Notes under the pieces: model-generated | What the model saw: the letters and a program-made list of their open reading frames with translations, nothing else | Databases searched by the model: none | What the model was told of the DNA's origin: nothing | Translations under genes and position numbers: made by a program | Shown: positions 11,166 through 19,576 of the stretch, in pieces | Numbering within the stretch: the stretch's first letter is position 1 | Layout: each line of letters opens with the position of its first letter | Origin: Lentisphaerae bacterium GWF2_50_93 | GTDB lineage: Bacteria > Verrucomicrobiota > Lentisphaeria > Victivallales > GWF2-50-93 | Length of the DNA stretch: 64,000 nucleotides | Assembly: GCA_001804815.1 (NCBI GenBank) | Contig: MHBI01000056.1 | Location: 28,802-92,801 of the forward strand | Direction: 5' to 3'

Positions 11166-12557
11166 ATGGATTATAAAATTCCGACAGTAGCAATCGTGGG
11201 ACGTCCGAACGTGGGCAAGTCCTCCCTTTTCAACGCCATACTCAAACGCCGTCTCGCGATCGTCCACGAGGAGAGCGGTGTCACCCGCGACCGCGTCGCC
11301 GCGCCGGCCATATGGAACGACAGGCATTTCCAGATCATAGATACAGGCGGACTCGGAATGTATGGTGGACAGAAGAAGAATATCGGAATATGGGACTCTG
11401 AAATAAAGGAGCAGGTCGATATCGCCATTGACAGCGCGGAAGTGCTGGTGCTTGTCACCGATGTGCAGGCAGGCGCCACTGCCCTGGACATGGATATCGC
11501 CAACAAGCTGCGCACGAGCGGAAAGAAAGTTTTTGTCGTAGTGAACAAGGCGGATAATTCTACCATAGACAACGAGGCTGCGAATTTCGCAAAACTCGGG
11601 TTCGATAAGATATTTCCTGTATCATGTGTCCATAGGAGAGGCATTGACGCCCTCCTCAATGCGGTTGTGGAAGTGATCGACTGGGAGAATGCTGCACCCC
11701 TGGTGGAGCCTGGCCTGAGAATTGCCGTTGTCGGTCGCCCCAACGTCGGTAAATCATCCATTGTCAACAGGCTTGTCGGGCATAAGCGCGTCATGGTCAG
11801 CAATATTCCCGGAACGACCAGGGATTCCGTCGAAGTAAGCTTCGAGCTCCAATGCAAGGAAGGGAAGGTGCCGGCCGTCCTTGTCGATACTGCAGGCCTC
11901 AGGCAGAAGCGCAAGGCGGATACATCAGTTGAAATCTTCAGCGTCATGAGGGCCGAAGAGGCCGTCTCAAAAGCCCAGCTCGTGCTTTTCGTAGTCGAAG
12001 CAAGCATAGATGGCGTAACCGCCCAGGACAAGAAGATCGCGGACATGATTGCACAGTCCGGGAAAGGCTGCATCATTCTCGCGAACAAATGGGATTTGTG
12101 CAGGAAGGCGGTCAAGAGGGAGGACATACAGAGCGAGATACGCTACTGCATGCATTTCATGGATTATGCGCCGGTGGTCTTTATTTCAGCGCTCGACGGT
12201 TCCAATTTTGAAAAGATAACCACGGCGATTGCCGAGGTAAGGGAAAACATGCGCATGCAGATTCCGACTTCGCTGATCAACAAGATACTTACCGATGCAA
12301 CGTCCAAGAATGCACCTTCCGCGATTGGAACTGTGAAGCACCATTTCAAGGTCTATTATGCGACCATGGTGGGGAACGAGCCTCCGAGATTCCTGTTGTT
12401 CGTGAATGACCCCGGTGTCTGCACGTCGAACTATCTGGCATACCTCAAGAATTCATTGAGAAACAGTCTTGGACTTACCGGACTTCCGATACGTATCCAG
12501 CTTCGGGCAAGGGAAAAGACAATCGCTCCGAGACGCAGCGCCCCCAAGAAGCGTTGA
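11166..12557 (+). CDS. der: Ribosome-associated GTPase Der/EngA (tandem GTPase domains plus KH-like domain)
   Basis: Two G1 motifs (GRPNVGKSSLFN and GRPNVGKSSIVN), DTGG/DTAG and NKAD/NKWD. Confidence 0.95.
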   Translation: MDYKIPTVAIVGRPNVGKSSLFNAILKRRLAIVHEESGVTRDRVAAPAIWNDRHFQIIDTGGLGMYGGQKKNIGIWDSEIKEQVDIAIDSAEVLVLVTDVQAGATALDMDIANKLRTSGKKVFVVVNKADNSTIDNEAANFAKLGFDKIFPVSCVHRRGIDALLNAVVEVIDWENAAPLVEPGLRIAVVGRPNVGKSSIVNRLVGHKRVMVSNIPGTTRDSVEVSFELQCKEGKVPAVLVDTAGLRQKRKADTSVEIFSVMRAEEAVSKAQLVLFVVEASIDGVTAQDKKIADMIAQSGKGCIILANKWDLCRKAVKREDIQSEIRYCMHFMDYAPVVFISALDGSNFEKITTAIAEVRENMRMQIPTSLINKILTDATSKNAPSAIGTVKHHFKVYYATMVGNEPPRFLLFVNDPGVCTSNYLAYLKNSLRNSLGLTGLPIRIQLRAREKTIAPRRSAPKKR

Positions 12558-12591
12558 GCAGGTGGATATATTTTTCCTATAGGAAAAATAT

Positions 12592-13317
12592 TTAGAACTT
12601 CAGTACGAAACTCTTCGTGTCCGTATTATATTCTATTTTAGTGAGGGCCTTGAGGATCTTGTCTATGTTTGCGCCTGCCAGGGCGGGATCATATTTTTCG
12701 AGGACCTGCTTCTCCGCGAATTTTATCGGCATATGCCCCATCTTGTATTCCATGGCGTTGAAGCGGACTGAAATTGAGTCCTTCACCTTGTCGCTGTTTA
12801 CTATGGTTCCTGTAATTTCAAACGTGGTCGGGAGCTTGCCACCCAGTTTCGTCTTGAGGATGATATGCGTGAAGCCGACTGAATCGGTGGAGAATATGAG
12901 TTTCTCGATATTGTATGCCGATGAGTCCGTTGGAGCCTTGGCTACAAAAAGTTCATTATAGAGATAGGTCGCTTCCTGGGGGGTGAACGAGTAGCTGTCG
13001 TCGCCGAATCCTGTGTCAGCCTTCTTCAACATCGCATCATATTTGATCTTTGCAGCTTTTAGAGCATCATCACCGGTGAGAGATGGATATACCGATAGAT
13101 CCTGGGGATAGAACATCATCACTATTACGCCTGCGAGTCCGAGGAATATCAGGAATCCTATAAGATTTCTGATAAGGCCGCCAATACCGGATGCTGATCC
13201 TTTGTTTTCCATGACCTTAGGGCGCATTGTTTCTACGTCAAGTTTTTCTCCGCAACCCCTGCAGAAAATTGCTCCAAGCTGGTTGTCGTGCCCGCAGCTG
13301 CCACATTTCATAAGCAT
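12592..13317 (-). CDS. Zinc-ribbon membrane protein (N-terminal CxxC...CxxC, one TM helix, extracytoplasmic domain)
   Basis: MKCGSCGHDNQLGAIFCRGCGEKL followed by the hydrophobic segment LIGFLIFLGLAGVIVMMF. Confidence 0.6.
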   Translation of the reverse strand: MLMKCGSCGHDNQLGAIFCRGCGEKLDVETMRPKVMENKGSASGIGGLIRNLIGFLIFLGLAGVIVMMFYPQDLSVYPSLTGDDALKAAKIKYDAMLKKADTGFGDDSYSFTPQEATYLYNELFVAKAPTDSSAYNIEKLIFSTDSVGFTHIILKTKLGGKLPTTFEITGTIVNSDKVKDSISVRFNAMEYKMGHMPIKFAEKQVLEKYDPALAGANIDKILKALTKIEYNTDTKSFVLKF

Positions 13318-13334
13318 ATTTAGATCTCCTATTA

Positions 13335-13649
13335 TTATTTTGTTGATTTAGCTTCGCTTTTATCACTCTTGGAACTGGAGCTGGTACTGCTGGTGCTGCT
13401 ACTGGTACTGGCACTTGAACTTGATTGAGATGCCGTATCAGCCTTCTGTGCGCTTTTGTAGCTGTCCTTGCGGTAGTCGGTGCAGTAGAATCCGCTGCCC
13501 TTGAAGATGATTCCCGCGCCGGTGCCGATTTTGCGCCGGACAGGCTTCTTCTTGCAGCATATGCATGTTTTCAAAGGTTCGTCTGACATTTTCTGGAAGA
13601 CTTCAAACGTCTTTCCGCATGCTTTGCATTCGTATTCGTAAGTGGGCAT
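13335..13649 (-). CDS. FmdB-family putative regulatory zinc-ribbon protein with a Ser/Thr-rich tail
   Basis: MPTYEYECKACGKTFEVFQKMSD...CICC is the CxxC_CxxC_SSSS signature. GGAGT lies 7 nt upstream of the ATG at 13649. The ORF-track start at 13700 is probably too long. Confidence 0.8.
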   Translation of the reverse strand: MPTYEYECKACGKTFEVFQKMSDEPLKTCICCKKKPVRRKIGTGAGIIFKGSGFYCTDYRKDSYKSAQKADTASQSSSSASTSSSTSSTSSSSKSDKSEAKSTK

Positions 13650-13743
13650 CTGGTCAACTCCAAAGATAATTCTAAAACGCAACGCGTAAAATAGCATCAC
13701 GATTCATTTTCTCAAGAAGAATAATCAAGGTTCCATCATTTTT

Positions 13744-14781
13744 TCAATAAGCCGACGGGTAGGGGATTTTCCGTCCGTTCAAACCTTTATATTTTTCACC
13801 AGCCCTATAGTCAGGCTGCAGGGGGACCTTCCCCCCTCCTTCAGGCAGGTCAATCGCAAAAACAGGCGTGCCAAGGGATGAAAGCCGCGGACGCAGTTTT
13901 CCGATTATCTCCAGACCCTTTTCTATTCCTGTCCGGAAATGCGCATTCCCTTCTGCCGGATCCACATGGAAAAGATAATGTGGCTTGACCTTTATCCTGA
14001 TCAGCCCTCTGAAAAGCTCTTCCAGGATTTCCGTGCTGTCATTTATCCCCTTAAGTAGGACCGTCTGGTTCAAAATAGGAATTCCGGCTTTTATCAACAT
14101 GGAACAGGCCCTCCTGGATTCTTCAGTAATTTCGACCGGATGGTTGAAATGGGTCATGATCCACAGCCCAGGAATCCTGGAAAGCATTGACACAAGCATA
14201 GCATCAATCCTTTTCGGAAGGACAACCGGCATTCTTGTACCTATCCTTATGACATCTACATTCTTTATTTTTAAGATGGAATCAATTATTTTCTTCAGCC
14301 TTGCTGTTTCCAGCATCAGCGGATCCCCTCCTGAAATCAGGACCTCTCTTATTCTGTCATGGCTCTTTATATATTTGCAGGCTTCCTGCAGATATATGTC
14401 ATCGATGTCCTGCTGCCCGTTCCCAGCCCTCCATTTGCGCTTCCGGAAGCAGAAACGGCAGTGGACCGCGCATCTGTTGGTCACAAGCAGGACTACACGG
14501 TCGGAGTAGCGGTGAATAAGTCCGGGGACTGGCATCTGCTTTTCCTCGGAAAGAGGATCTTCTGAAAGCGTGATGCTCCTGATCAGCTCCCCTTTGTCCG
14601 GAAAGCACTGCTTGAAGACCGGATCGTTTTTAAGATCATCGCCGATTAGTCCAAGATAATAGTTTGACGCAAGAAATGGATATAGTTCCGCAGCCTTCCT
14701 CTCACTGCCGGAAAATTTCAATTCTGCGAATTTCGCAAGTGTCTGCAAATGACTGGAGTTTTTTAAACTTCTGCTCTTCAT
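13744..14781 (-). CDS. KamA-family radical SAM enzyme (lysine 2,3-aminomutase / EpmB-like)
   Basis: CAVHCRFCFRKRKW (CxxxCxxC) and the KamA-type context GGDPLML. The first 30 codons of the ORF-track model run through REP repeats, so I start at the ATG at 14781 (MKSRSLK...). Confidence 0.8.
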   Translation of the reverse strand: MKSRSLKNSSHLQTLAKFAELKFSGSERKAAELYPFLASNYYLGLIGDDLKNDPVFKQCFPDKGELIRSITLSEDPLSEEKQMPVPGLIHRYSDRVVLLVTNRCAVHCRFCFRKRKWRAGNGQQDIDDIYLQEACKYIKSHDRIREVLISGGDPLMLETARLKKIIDSILKIKNVDVIRIGTRMPVVLPKRIDAMLVSMLSRIPGLWIMTHFNHPVEITEESRRACSMLIKAGIPILNQTVLLKGINDSTEILEELFRGLIRIKVKPHYLFHVDPAEGNAHFRTGIEKGLEIIGKLRPRLSSLGTPVFAIDLPEGGGKVPLQPDYRAGEKYKGLNGRKIPYPSAY

Positions 14782-14782
14782 G

Positions 14783-15016
14783 TATTCGTATTCGTTCGTA
14801 GTTAAGCCCGTAAGGGCTGTTCTTCTCTTGTCTTTAGTAGTCAAGTCCGTAAACATCTCAATCAAGAACACGTCTTGCGACGTTAACTACAAACGAATCA
14901 ATCTTCGAGAATTTTACTCGTATTCGCTCGTAGTCAAGCCCGTAAGGGCTGTTCTTCTCTTGGTTTTTAATTTCGCATTTGTTAGTAGTCAACGCCAAAA
15001 GGCGTGTCTTCTTCAG
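14783..15016. repeat. Cluster of 5 REP hairpin units downstream of the RAYT gene
   Basis: The units lie at about 14783-14830 (+), 14837-14854 (+, degenerate), 14858-14897 (-), 14914-14962 (+) and 14978-15016 (+). Consensus is TTyGTTnGTAGTyAA-[4-5 nt stem]-loop-[stem']-TGTTCTTCT. Stem/loop variants are GCCC-GTAA-GGGC, CGTC-GCAA-GACG and CGCC-AAAA-GGCG. Confidence 0.85.
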
Positions 15017-15606
15017 TCATCCCATCCATTCCCCATCTTGTCTACAGGAAAGTTTTGTAAGATAAGGGACATTTTTTCTTTTCCAACCTTTTCCTGGAAA
15101 ATATTGAAACTGCTGGTATTCCATTCTGAAGTTATGGATGCATAGCCATGTATCACAGGATTCTTATGAATGTAATTGATAGTAGCCCAGTAATGATTCT
15201 CACTTCTTATATGCCTGTCACTGAATCTGTGCCATACTTTGCGTCCAAGGCAATTGTCTTCACGGTTCCATTGTGTGGCTATCCCATTGTGCAGTTTAGC
15301 TAGAGCTGTTTTGATCGTAGTTAACTCTGCCATGACAAGAATATGGTAGTGATTGGGTAGCACGCTCCAAGCAAAGATGGAAGCTCCCTCAATTGCAGAT
15401 AATCTATTAGTTAGCTTATCTTGAAAATCCATCCTTCTGTCTTCGGAGAGCATTATATGATTATGTTCGTAATTTGCGGCCGTTAAAAGATATGTCTTGA
15501 ACCCGTCTTCAAAATGAGGGGGTGAATGCAAAGGAAGTCCTTGAATCTTCCTGTATGCGACAACATCCTGCTTCTGGATATCATTCATCTTGCGGTAAGT
15601 ATACAT
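15013..15606 (-). CDS. REP-associated tyrosine transposase (RAYT; IS200/IS605 Y1 HUH transposase-like)
   Basis: HUH motif in LPNHYHILV, catalytic Tyr motif ATINYIHKNPV, size of 197 aa, and REP hairpins flanking it on both sides. Confidence 0.85.
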   Translation of the reverse strand: MYTYRKMNDIQKQDVVAYRKIQGLPLHSPPHFEDGFKTYLLTAANYEHNHIMLSEDRRMDFQDKLTNRLSAIEGASIFAWSVLPNHYHILVMAELTTIKTALAKLHNGIATQWNREDNCLGRKVWHRFSDRHIRSENHYWATINYIHKNPVIHGYASITSEWNTSSFNIFQEKVGKEKMSLILQNFPVDKMGNGWDD

Positions 15607-15612
15607 GTAAAT

Positions 15613-15692
15613 TAAGAACAGCCATTACGGGCTTAACTACCAGCGAATTTCAATGTTTTTGTTCGTAGTTAATGCCGTAAGGCATGTGTATC
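15613..15692. repeat. Two REP units upstream of the RAYT gene, one inverted and one direct
   Basis: 15613-15647 reads ttcgctGGTAGTTAAGCCCGTAATGGCTGTTCTTA on the minus strand. 15658-15692 is tttgttcGTAGTTAATGCC-GTAA-GGCATGTG. Confidence 0.85.
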
Positions 15693-15733
15693 TTTTAAAT
15701 TTTCTGTAGTTTTCTCAATTATCCGGTATCGAA

Positions 15734-17338
15734 TTACGAGTTGCTCCTGATATTGTAGATCCAGCCTTTGCCGGAATTCCACTCCCTTGAGATCTTGAAG
15801 CCGGGGAACTTGCGTTTCTTCGAATTCTCCGCGAACTTCGCGAGAAGTCCTGAGACCTCGAGCTCCCTTTCCACAAGACCTGTCTTTGCGCAGAGTTCCT
15901 GCAGTGTGCCCTTGAACTTACCGACCGTGTCAAGCTTGGACTGAAGCTCCGAGATGAGGCTTATGACATCCTTGCTGGCGAGCTTGTAGGCCTGGACGCC
16001 AGGCTGGTGGAAGGCGTTTACGTGGATGAGTTCGGCATAGAATGCAACAGCCCTTTCATAAAGCGCAATGATCATTCCAAGGTTGAATGCGGAGACTTCG
16101 TTGATCTGCATGTCGATCACCTGGCGCCCCTTTGAAAGAAGCGCCTTGGCAAGTCCGGCCTGGAACCCATGCAGGTAGTCGCCCATTGAAATGGTTTCCG
16201 TAATCGGAATGATCATGCTGTCCTTGAGGACTTCTATGAAGGTCACGAAGAAATCGTTGCGCCCGTCGTTCAACTGCTGGATGAATGCATGTGCGTCGGT
16301 TCCACCCTTGTTGCCGAACACGTTCAGCCCCTGGTTTACGGTATTTCCGTCGAGATCCTTCTCCTTGCCGATGCTCTCCATGACAAGCTGCTGGAGATAT
16401 CTCGAGAGCAGGACGAGACGGTCGGAGTAGGGTACTATGACCATGTTCTTGTCGCCGTGGCCATTTCCGGCTATATACCACATTGCCGCAAGGAAATAAG
16501 AGGGGTTCTTCTTCACTTCAGGCTCCCTCGTCAGATTGTCCATCCTGCATGCACCGGCGAGGAAGCTCTTGAAGTCTATTCCGGCGAGGGCTGCAGGGAG
16601 ATGTCCGACAATGCTGGTCTCGCTCGTCCTTCCGCCGATCGATTCGGCCATCGGGAAGATTTTCAGCCAGTTCCTGGACTTTGAATATTTGTCGAGATCG
16701 CTGCCTTCCATCGTGATGGCGCAGGCGTGTTTCGTGAAGTCGAGCTCCTTCTGCTTGTAGAGGATCTCGAATGCGATCATGTTGTTCTTGGTTTCCTGGG
16801 TTCCACCTGACTTTGAGATGCTCAGGATGAGCGTGCTCCTGAGGTCGACTGCGGCCATGACGTCCTTGACGCCGGCGGTGTCGGTGTTGTCCGTAAAATA
16901 GATCTTGAGATAACCTTTTCTCTTTCCGTTGCTGAGCTCGTTCCAGTAGGGGCCGTTTATCGCGAAATTAAGGAGCTGCGGGCCGAGGGCGGATCCGCCG
17001 ATGCCGTTGATGACGACCGAATCAAATTTCTTTCCGGTGCTGCCCTTGATTGTTCCGCTGCGGACATCCTCGACGAATTTCTCGACGTCCGCGAAAAGCT
17101 GGGATGAAGGATAGGCGGTACGGTCGGTGAAGTGGGTCACCTGCCTGTTTTCATCCGGATTTTTTATTGCGCCGGCTTCTATTTTCTTCATTTCCCCATT
17201 GGCTTCTGCGAACTTCGCGGAGAGGTTTTCCAGGTCGGGCTCTGAGAAGTTCATTCCGGCGACATCAAGCGTGAATCCTGTTTCTCCATCAATGAAAGTG
17301 TATTTCATGTTCCGTTCCATCCATATGTTGGTGTTCAT
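15734..17338 (-). CDS. pgi: Glucose-6-phosphate isomerase
   Basis: 534 aa. GIGGSALGPQ, ISKSGGTQET and phosphoglucose-isomerase-type C-terminal motifs. AAGGAAAG lies upstream of the ATG at 17338. Confidence 0.9.
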   Translation of the reverse strand: MNTNIWMERNMKYTFIDGETGFTLDVAGMNFSEPDLENLSAKFAEANGEMKKIEAGAIKNPDENRQVTHFTDRTAYPSSQLFADVEKFVEDVRSGTIKGSTGKKFDSVVINGIGGSALGPQLLNFAINGPYWNELSNGKRKGYLKIYFTDNTDTAGVKDVMAAVDLRSTLILSISKSGGTQETKNNMIAFEILYKQKELDFTKHACAITMEGSDLDKYSKSRNWLKIFPMAESIGGRTSETSIVGHLPAALAGIDFKSFLAGACRMDNLTREPEVKKNPSYFLAAMWYIAGNGHGDKNMVIVPYSDRLVLLSRYLQQLVMESIGKEKDLDGNTVNQGLNVFGNKGGTDAHAFIQQLNDGRNDFFVTFIEVLKDSMIIPITETISMGDYLHGFQAGLAKALLSKGRQVIDMQINEVSAFNLGMIIALYERAVAFYAELIHVNAFHQPGVQAYKLASKDVISLISELQSKLDTVGKFKGTLQELCAKTGLVERELEVSGLLAKFAENSKKRKFPGFKISREWNSGKGWIYNIRSNS

Positions 17339-17357
17339 TTTTCATCTTTCCTTTTTA

Positions 17358-17420
17358 GTAAGACGGGCTTTCCAGCCCGTTGTTTTGTAATTATAAAACA
17401 GGCTGGAAAGCCTGTCTTAC
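17358..17420. terminator. Long palindrome between nifS and pgi (possible terminator or RNA-stabilising hairpin) that contains the nifS stop codon
   Basis: gtaagacgggctttccagcc (17358-17377) pairs with ggctggaaagcctgtcttac (17401-17420) with one mismatch, and the stem is extended by tgtttt/aaaaca. No U-tract follows on the transcribed strand. Confidence 0.5.
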
Positions 17421-18580
17421 TTCTCCTGCCAATACGGTGAGATCTGCCTTAATCTTGCGATTATCGGCGGGAGATTCCTGATTATATACTCCATCTCTTC
17501 TCCAGTATTGAATCTTGAAAGACTGAAGCGGATCGAGCCGTGCGCGGCGGTGTATGGGACTCCCATCGCACGAAGTACATGCGAGGGTTCAAGGCTCCCG
17601 GTCGTGCACGCGCTCCCGCTGGATGCGCAGATGCCCAGCTGGTTCATCAGGAGGAGGATTGCTTCCCCTTCAATGAATTCAAAGCTTATGTTCGTCGTGT
17701 TTGGCAGACGGTTCTCAGGATCGCCGTTTATTCTTGTCTTTGGAACCGCCGACACGAGTTCCCTTTCAAGCCTATCCCTGAGCTCTTTCACCTTGGTGTT
17801 CTCGAGTTTCATGTTCTTTCCAGCGAGTTCCGCAGCCTTGCCGAGAGCGACAATTCCTGTGACATTCTCAGTTCCGCCCCTGCGGCTGCGTTCCTGGTGC
17901 CCCCCGATTATGTATGGACGGAACCTTACTCCGCGTTTCACATAAAGGGCGCCAACGCCCTTTGGCGCATGGAGCTTGTGTCCGGAAAGACTGAGCATGT
18001 CGATGCTTTCCTTTGCAAGGTTCATCGGTATCTTGCCTACGGCCTGTACGGCATCGGTGTGGAAGAGGGCGCCATGCTGGTGGGCGATCTGCGCGATTTC
18101 CCTGACAGGATAGATATTACCGGTTTCATTGTTCGCCCACATCACGGACACGACTGCAGTTTCAGAATTCACTTCCTGCCTGAGCCTGTCCATGTCGAGC
18201 CGTCCCTTGCCGTCGACAGGTATTTCCTCGACCCTGTATCCGCGTCTTACAAGTTCGGAACCAAGATTCTTGACGGCTGGATGTTCGACTTTGCTGATTA
18301 CTATTTTTCTTCTTTCAGGAGTCAGGAAAAGTGCGTTCATGATTCCTGAATTGTCGCTTTCAGTTCCGCAGCTGGTGTAGATTATCTCCGTAGGTTCGCA
18401 GCCGAGAAGCGATGCCAGGGACTCCCTGGCCTTCTTGATATGTCCTGCGACCTGGCCTCCGAACGTATGGATGCTCGAAGGATTCCCGTAGAGATCGCAG
18501 AAGAAGGGTTTTATGGCTTCGAAGACCTCCGGATCAGTCTGTGTAGTCGCGTTATTGTCGACATATACTGTTTTGCTCAT
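17417..18580 (-). CDS. nifS: Cysteine desulfurase NifS (PLP-dependent)
   Basis: VYVDNNATT, SGHKLHAPKGVGALYV (PLP-binding lysine) and SSGSACTTGS (catalytic Cys loop). AAGGA lies 7 nt upstream of the ATG at 18580. Confidence 0.92.
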   Translation of the reverse strand: MSKTVYVDNNATTQTDPEVFEAIKPFFCDLYGNPSSIHTFGGQVAGHIKKARESLASLLGCEPTEIIYTSCGTESDNSGIMNALFLTPERRKIVISKVEHPAVKNLGSELVRRGYRVEEIPVDGKGRLDMDRLRQEVNSETAVVSVMWANNETGNIYPVREIAQIAHQHGALFHTDAVQAVGKIPMNLAKESIDMLSLSGHKLHAPKGVGALYVKRGVRFRPYIIGGHQERSRRGGTENVTGIVALGKAAELAGKNMKLENTKVKELRDRLERELVSAVPKTRINGDPENRLPNTTNISFEFIEGEAILLLMNQLGICASSGSACTTGSLEPSHVLRAMGVPYTAAHGSIRFSLSRFNTGEEMEYIIRNLPPIIARLRQISPYWQEK

Positions 18581-18591
18581 ACAATATTCCT

Positions 18592-19548
18592 TTATATTTC
18601 CTTGCTGTCCGTGCATTTGGATATCTCTATGGTCAAATGGACTATTTCACCATGTGCGCTCAACAGCTGTTTGTAGTATTTCAAATCATGGGGAGTGCTG
18701 GACACCAGGGAAATGATGCAGGCGTATTTGTTCATTCCCACCTTCCAGACATGCAGATCGCTTATGCGGGTGTCGGAATCAGACTCGATGATGCTTTTTA
18801 TCTCTTCGGAAACAGAGCTGCCGACATCTTTGTCGAGAAGGATGACGCCGGTTTCCTCAAGAAGAAGACATGTCCATCTGAGCACCAGCATCGCTCCTGC
18901 TATTCCCATAAGAGGATCAAGCCAGTTCCAGCCCATTAATTTTACGCCGAGAAGTGCGATGATCGCGAATACGGATGTCATCGCATCGGCCATTACATGG
19001 AGATAAGCAGCCTTCAAGTTCAGGTTTTCGTGCCCGTGATGATGTTCGTCATGGGAATGGTCGTCATCGTCATGTCCGTGATGATGGTGGTGGTGTCCGG
19101 GATTGAGCAGCAAAATGCTTATCAGGTTTACTGCAAGTCCGATTACGGCTACCAGAATCGCATCATTATACTTGATCTCCATGGGCTGATAAAGGCGGAC
19201 TATCGACACATATCCCATGAACAAACCAACGAATCCAAGGATTATACCGCTGGTGAATCCTCCGAGGACTTCAAGCTTCCATGTCCCGAAAGTATAGCTC
19301 CTGTCGGTTGCATGCCGGCGTGCGAAAATGAACGCCATGAGCGAAATTGTCAGCGCCAGGGCATGGGTGCTCATATGGCATCCGTCGGCAAACAGCGCCA
19401 TTGAGTGGTATATCCACCCGGTAATGACTTCGACGAACATCATGGAGACCGTAAGGACAACCACCCAGAACGTTTTCGTCTCAGTCTTTTTTTCAGTCAG
19501 ACTGAAAACATGGGAATGCTGATAAGAGGATATGTCTTTTGTATGCAT
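18592..19548 (-). CDS. Cation diffusion facilitator (CDF) family metal efflux transporter with a His-rich loop
   Basis: Six predicted TM segments, the His/Asp loop GHHHHHHGHDDDDHSHDEHHHGHE, and LHVMADAMTSV (TM5 metal site). Confidence 0.85.
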   Translation of the reverse strand: MHTKDISSYQHSHVFSLTEKKTETKTFWVVVLTVSMMFVEVITGWIYHSMALFADGCHMSTHALALTISLMAFIFARRHATDRSYTFGTWKLEVLGGFTSGIILGFVGLFMGYVSIVRLYQPMEIKYNDAILVAVIGLAVNLISILLLNPGHHHHHHGHDDDDHSHDEHHHGHENLNLKAAYLHVMADAMTSVFAIIALLGVKLMGWNWLDPLMGIAGAMLVLRWTCLLLEETGVILLDKDVGSSVSEEIKSIIESDSDTRISDLHVWKVGMNKYACIISLVSSTPHDLKYYKQLLSAHGEIVHLTIEISKCTDSKEI

Positions 19549-19576
19549 TGGAATGTGCTTCTGCTGGTGTTTGAAA

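Larger units (their letters stand above)
14783..15692 (-). mobile_element. RAYT-REP unit (a domesticated transposase with its flanking REP/BIME array)
   Basis: This combines the three features above. REP units on the two sides face each other in inverted orientation around the gene. Confidence 0.75.

Noticed and set aside
10978-11193. 71-aa minus-strand ORF overlapping the der start
   Set aside because: It sits in an AT-rich promoter-like region, overlaps the der initiation region, and has no ribosome-binding site or motif.
11171-12127. 318-aa ORF antisense to der
   Set aside because: It lies entirely inside the well-supported der CDS. It has a Ser/Thr/Ala/Leu-rich low-complexity translation, typical of the mirror frame of a real gene.
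13650-14871. Longer N-termini given by the ORF track for the FmdB-like gene (to 13700) and the KamA-like gene (to 14871)
   Set aside because: The extensions lack a ribosome-binding site. For kamA, the extension is translated REP repeat sequence. Internal ATGs with Shine-Dalgarno sequences and family-typical N-termini are preferred.
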